This document shows positions 60,471 to 64,000 of a stretch of 64,000 nt of DNA, piece after piece. This DNA comes from Mustelus asterias (lineage: Eukaryota): the NCBI RefSeq assembly GCF_964213995.1, contig NC_135806.1:139438001-139502000 (forward strand), written 5' to 3'. A program made the position numbers and the translations under genes. The notes under the pieces were generated by a model. It searched no databases. It was not told the DNA's origin and saw only the letters and a list, made by a program, of their open reading frames with translations. The first letter of the stretch is position 1. Each line of letters opens with the position of its first letter.

Positions 60471-62599
60471 ATGACCATGAAACCATTGTCGATTGTCAGA
60501 AAAACCCATCTGATTCATTAATGTCCTTCAGGGAAGGAAATCTGCCGTCCTTACCTGGTCTGGCCTACATGTGATTCCAGAGCCACAGCAATGTGGTTGA
60601 CACTGCCCTCTGAACAAGGGCAACTAGGGATGGGCAATAAATGCTGGCCAGCCAGCGACGCCCATGACCCACGGATGAATAAGAAAAATATTTCTCAACG
60701 TGGGTAAAGATATCAAAAAATAAATCCGAGTTTCCATAAGTGTCACAAAGAGATAATTAGTGATGGGCCAGCGGCTAGAGATTTTGGGGGGAATTTTATG
60801 AAGGTGACAATGGTCTTGGCCACTAGCTGGAGAGCTGGTGAGAACCCCCATGCTGCCTCTTTTCAGGAAGGCAACTGTATCTTGTTCATTCAGGCTCTTG
60901 AGAGGGCAGCTGCAGGGCCTTCCCCCCAAGGTCAGGCACTGCACCAACCTGGGGCCTCGGATCAAGGAGGGAGCCTGGCACAGGGTAATAATGGTGGCAT
61001 TAGGTTTTTGAGGGGGGGGTGAGGGAGATCAGTAGCAAGGGCAGTAGCAAGAGCAGGGAGCGTGGCTCCCCCTACCTGCTGTCACATTCTCCATCAGGCA
61101 TTGAGTGTCTTTGAATGATTGACGCCCTACTAGAGAGCTCACAAACTTAATACCAGCAGCAACAGGATGAAGCCCTTAACTGGGTAGGAATTGGCTACTA
61201 AAGAGTGCCAATGGGGGCGAGCTGGGAAGGCTGTCCAGGACCCTGCCCCTGCACAGAGGTGGCAGGTGGCATGGTCAGAACCGCCCACATTCCCACCCAA
61301 TTAAATCATAGAATCCCCACACTGTAGAAAGAGGCCATTTGGCCCATCGAGTCTGCACTGACTTTCCAACAGAGTATCTTACTCAGGCCTTATCCCTGTA
61401 ACCCCAAATATTTACCCCGCTAATCCCTGTAACCTATCTTGGGACATTAAGGGGCAATTTAACATGGCCAATCCACCTAACCTGCACATCTTTGGACTGT
61501 GGGAGGAAACCGGAGCACCCGGAGGAAACCCACGCAGACACGGGGAGAATGTGCAGACTCGGCACTGACAGTGACCCGAGGTTGAAATTGAACCCGGGTC
61601 CCTGGCGCTGTGAGGCAGCAGTGCTAACCACCGTGCTACCATGCCACCCCTCCAATGTCCCCTCTGCCACCAAACGTGTCATGGGGGAGGGCACAAAGTT
61701 CTGCTCCGACCAATGCTGTTTTACTCTCTATTTACAAGGGAGAGAATATTGTCTGGAACTTTGCACAGTCCAAGAGTCGTCTCACCGACATTTCACTCAA
61801 GCACTCCAGCTATGGAAAGATATTTTGATAAAATGCAGTAGGAATATAATGAAGCGCTAAGCTCAATTTCTGCAGCTGTTAATGGTTAAAAATGCTGACC
61901 AGAGGATTGGGTCTGAAAGGTTTCTGTAGACATTTCATTTCCCTTTGATAATGCCTTAAAAACTATTTCAATGAATCTGCCAATAGATCAACTTCTTTAG
62001 CCACTAGAGGTCACCTTGTCTATTCAACATGGGCTCAAATCAAACACACACGTCAACCTGTTGAAAAGCCATTACATTTGAAGGAGATACTGGTGTAAAG
62101 TCACTGAGTTTAAATTCAATTAATAAATCTGGGATTGAAAGCTAGTCTCAGTAATGGTGAGTGCAACAACTATCATTGATTGTTGGAAAAACCCGTTTGG
62201 TTATTTGGTTCACTAATGTAATAAAAACAGAAAATGCTGGAAAGCTCGGCTAGTCTGGTAGCACATGGCATTCCAGCATTTTCTGTTTTCTATCCCTCAG
62301 CTAATAAAGGCAAGCATCACATTTTCTTTATTGATTCATGGGATATGGACGTCACTGGCTGGCCAGCATTTATTGCCAATCCCTAGTTTGCCTTTGAACT
62401 GAATGGCTTCTAGGCCATTTCAGAGGGCAGTTGAGAGCCAACCACATTGCTGTGGCTCTGGAGCCACATGTAGGCCAGACCGGGTAAGGATGGCAGATTT
62501 CCTTCCCTAAAGGACATTAGTGAACCAGATGGGTTTTTCTGACAATCGACAATGATTTCATGGTCATCAGTAGATTCTTAATTCCAGAAATAAATTATA

Positions 62600-63960
62600 A
62601 ATTATATTTCTTCTTAACCACCTTATCTACCTGTCCTGCTGCCTTCAGGGATCTTTTGGACATGCACCCCAAGGTCCCTCTGTTCCTCTGTACTTCCGAG
62701 TGTCCTACCATTCATTGTGTATTCCCTCCCCTTGTGAGTCCACCAAAGCACATCACCTCACGCTTTTCAGATTTAAATTCCATTTGATACTGTTCTGCCC
62801 ATCTGACCAGCCCGTCTGTATCATCCTGTAATCTAAAACTTTCCTCCTTGCTATTTACCACACCACCAATTTTCATTTCATCTGTGAACATACTGATCAT
62901 ACCACCCACATTCACATCTAGATCATCAAGGTACACGATAAACAGCAAAGGATCCAGCACCGATCCCTGTGGTACCACTGGACACAGGCTTCCAGTCACA
63001 AAACCAACCTTCCACCATCACTCTCTGCCTCCTGCCACAAAGCTAATTTTGGATTCAATTTGCCAAATTATCCTGGATCCCTGGGCTCTTCCTGAGCAGT
63101 CTCCAAATGTGGGACCTTGTCAAAAGCCTTACTGAAGTCCATGTAGACCACATCAAGTGCACTGTCCTCATCTACACACTTAGTCACCTTCTCAAAAAAT
63201 TCAATCAAATGTGTTAGATGTGATCTTCCCCTGACAAAGCCATGCTGACTATCCTTAATTAATCCTTGCCTCTCTCCAAGTAGAGATTAATTCTGCCCCT
63301 CAGAGTTTTTTCCAATAAGTTCCCTTTCACTGATGTTAGACTCACTGGCCTGTAATTTCCTGTTTTTTTCTCTACTTCCCTTCTTGAACAATGGTACCAC
63401 ATTAGCTGTTTTCCAGTCCTCTGGCACCTTTCCTGTGGCCAGAGAGGAATTGAAAATTAGTGTCAGTCTCCCACAGCAGCCTAGGGCACAATTCATCTGG
63501 ACCTGGAGATTTATCCACTTTTAAGTCTGCAACACCTCCAATACCTTGTCTTTCCCTATGTCAATTTGCTCAAAATCCTCACAGTCTCTGTCCCTGAATT
63601 CCATACCATCATCCTCATTCTCTTGGGTGAAGACAGATGTGGTGATACCTCACCTATGTCCATCAGCTCCACACAGATGTTGCACTTTAGTCCCTAATGG
63701 GGCCCACTCTTTCCCTGGTTATCCTCTTGCCCTTAAATAATTATAAAACACCTTGGGATTTTCCATTATTTTGCCTGCCAATGTTTTTTATGCCCCTCTT
63801 CACTCTCCTAATTTCTTTTTGAAGTACCCCCCTTGCACTCCCTGTTCTCCCCGAGAGCATTCACTGTTTTCAGACCCCGCTATCTGCCATAAGCCCCCTT
63901 TTTTTCCCCTTATCCAATCCTGTATACCCCTCAATATCCAGCGTTCTCTGGACTTGCTGG
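62600..63960 (-). mobile_element. Degraded CR1 RT region
   Basis: [28 protein letters not shown]. Confidence 0.8.
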
Positions 63961-64000
63961 TCCCACCCTTTACCTTTATTCTCTCTACTTCCTTTCTGAA

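Noticed and set aside
1090-61648. Many tRNA-like A/B-box sequences (including 10040-10110 and 21935-22005)
   Set aside because: They are SINE heads followed by SINE bodies, with no complete cloverleaf; not tRNA genes.
11470-61860. Recurrent short ORFs such as [11 protein letters not shown].. and [14 protein letters not shown]..
   Set aside because: Translations of V-SINE copies on either strand.

Overview
Repeat-rich vertebrate genomic DNA, almost certainly from a shark or other elasmobranch (HE1-type V-SINEs, dense CR1/HER1 LINEs). One host gene can be rebuilt on the + strand from 9 phase-1 coding exons (9797-43665, about 498 aa). It is a Siglec-15-related receptor: signal peptide, IgV, IgV, IgC2, a transmembrane helix with no charged residue, and a tail built from duplicated 66-72 nt tyrosine/ITIM mini-exons. 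It looks like an inhibitory counterpart of the DAP12-coupled Siglec-15. Most of the rest is mobile DNA: many CR1 LINE fragments (one triple nest) and several SINE families. A Penelope-like element with 1.2-kb inverted arms and minimal hammerhead ribozymes lies in an intron (32005-35770). A near-intact 4.8-kb Gypsy element (50193-54961) has no tRNA PBS, a 15-bp LTR/PBS fold-back and a YLDN RT motif. An RPL39 retrocopy sits at the symmetry centre of a GC-rich inverted-repeat element. All calls come from manual reading; no database searches were run.
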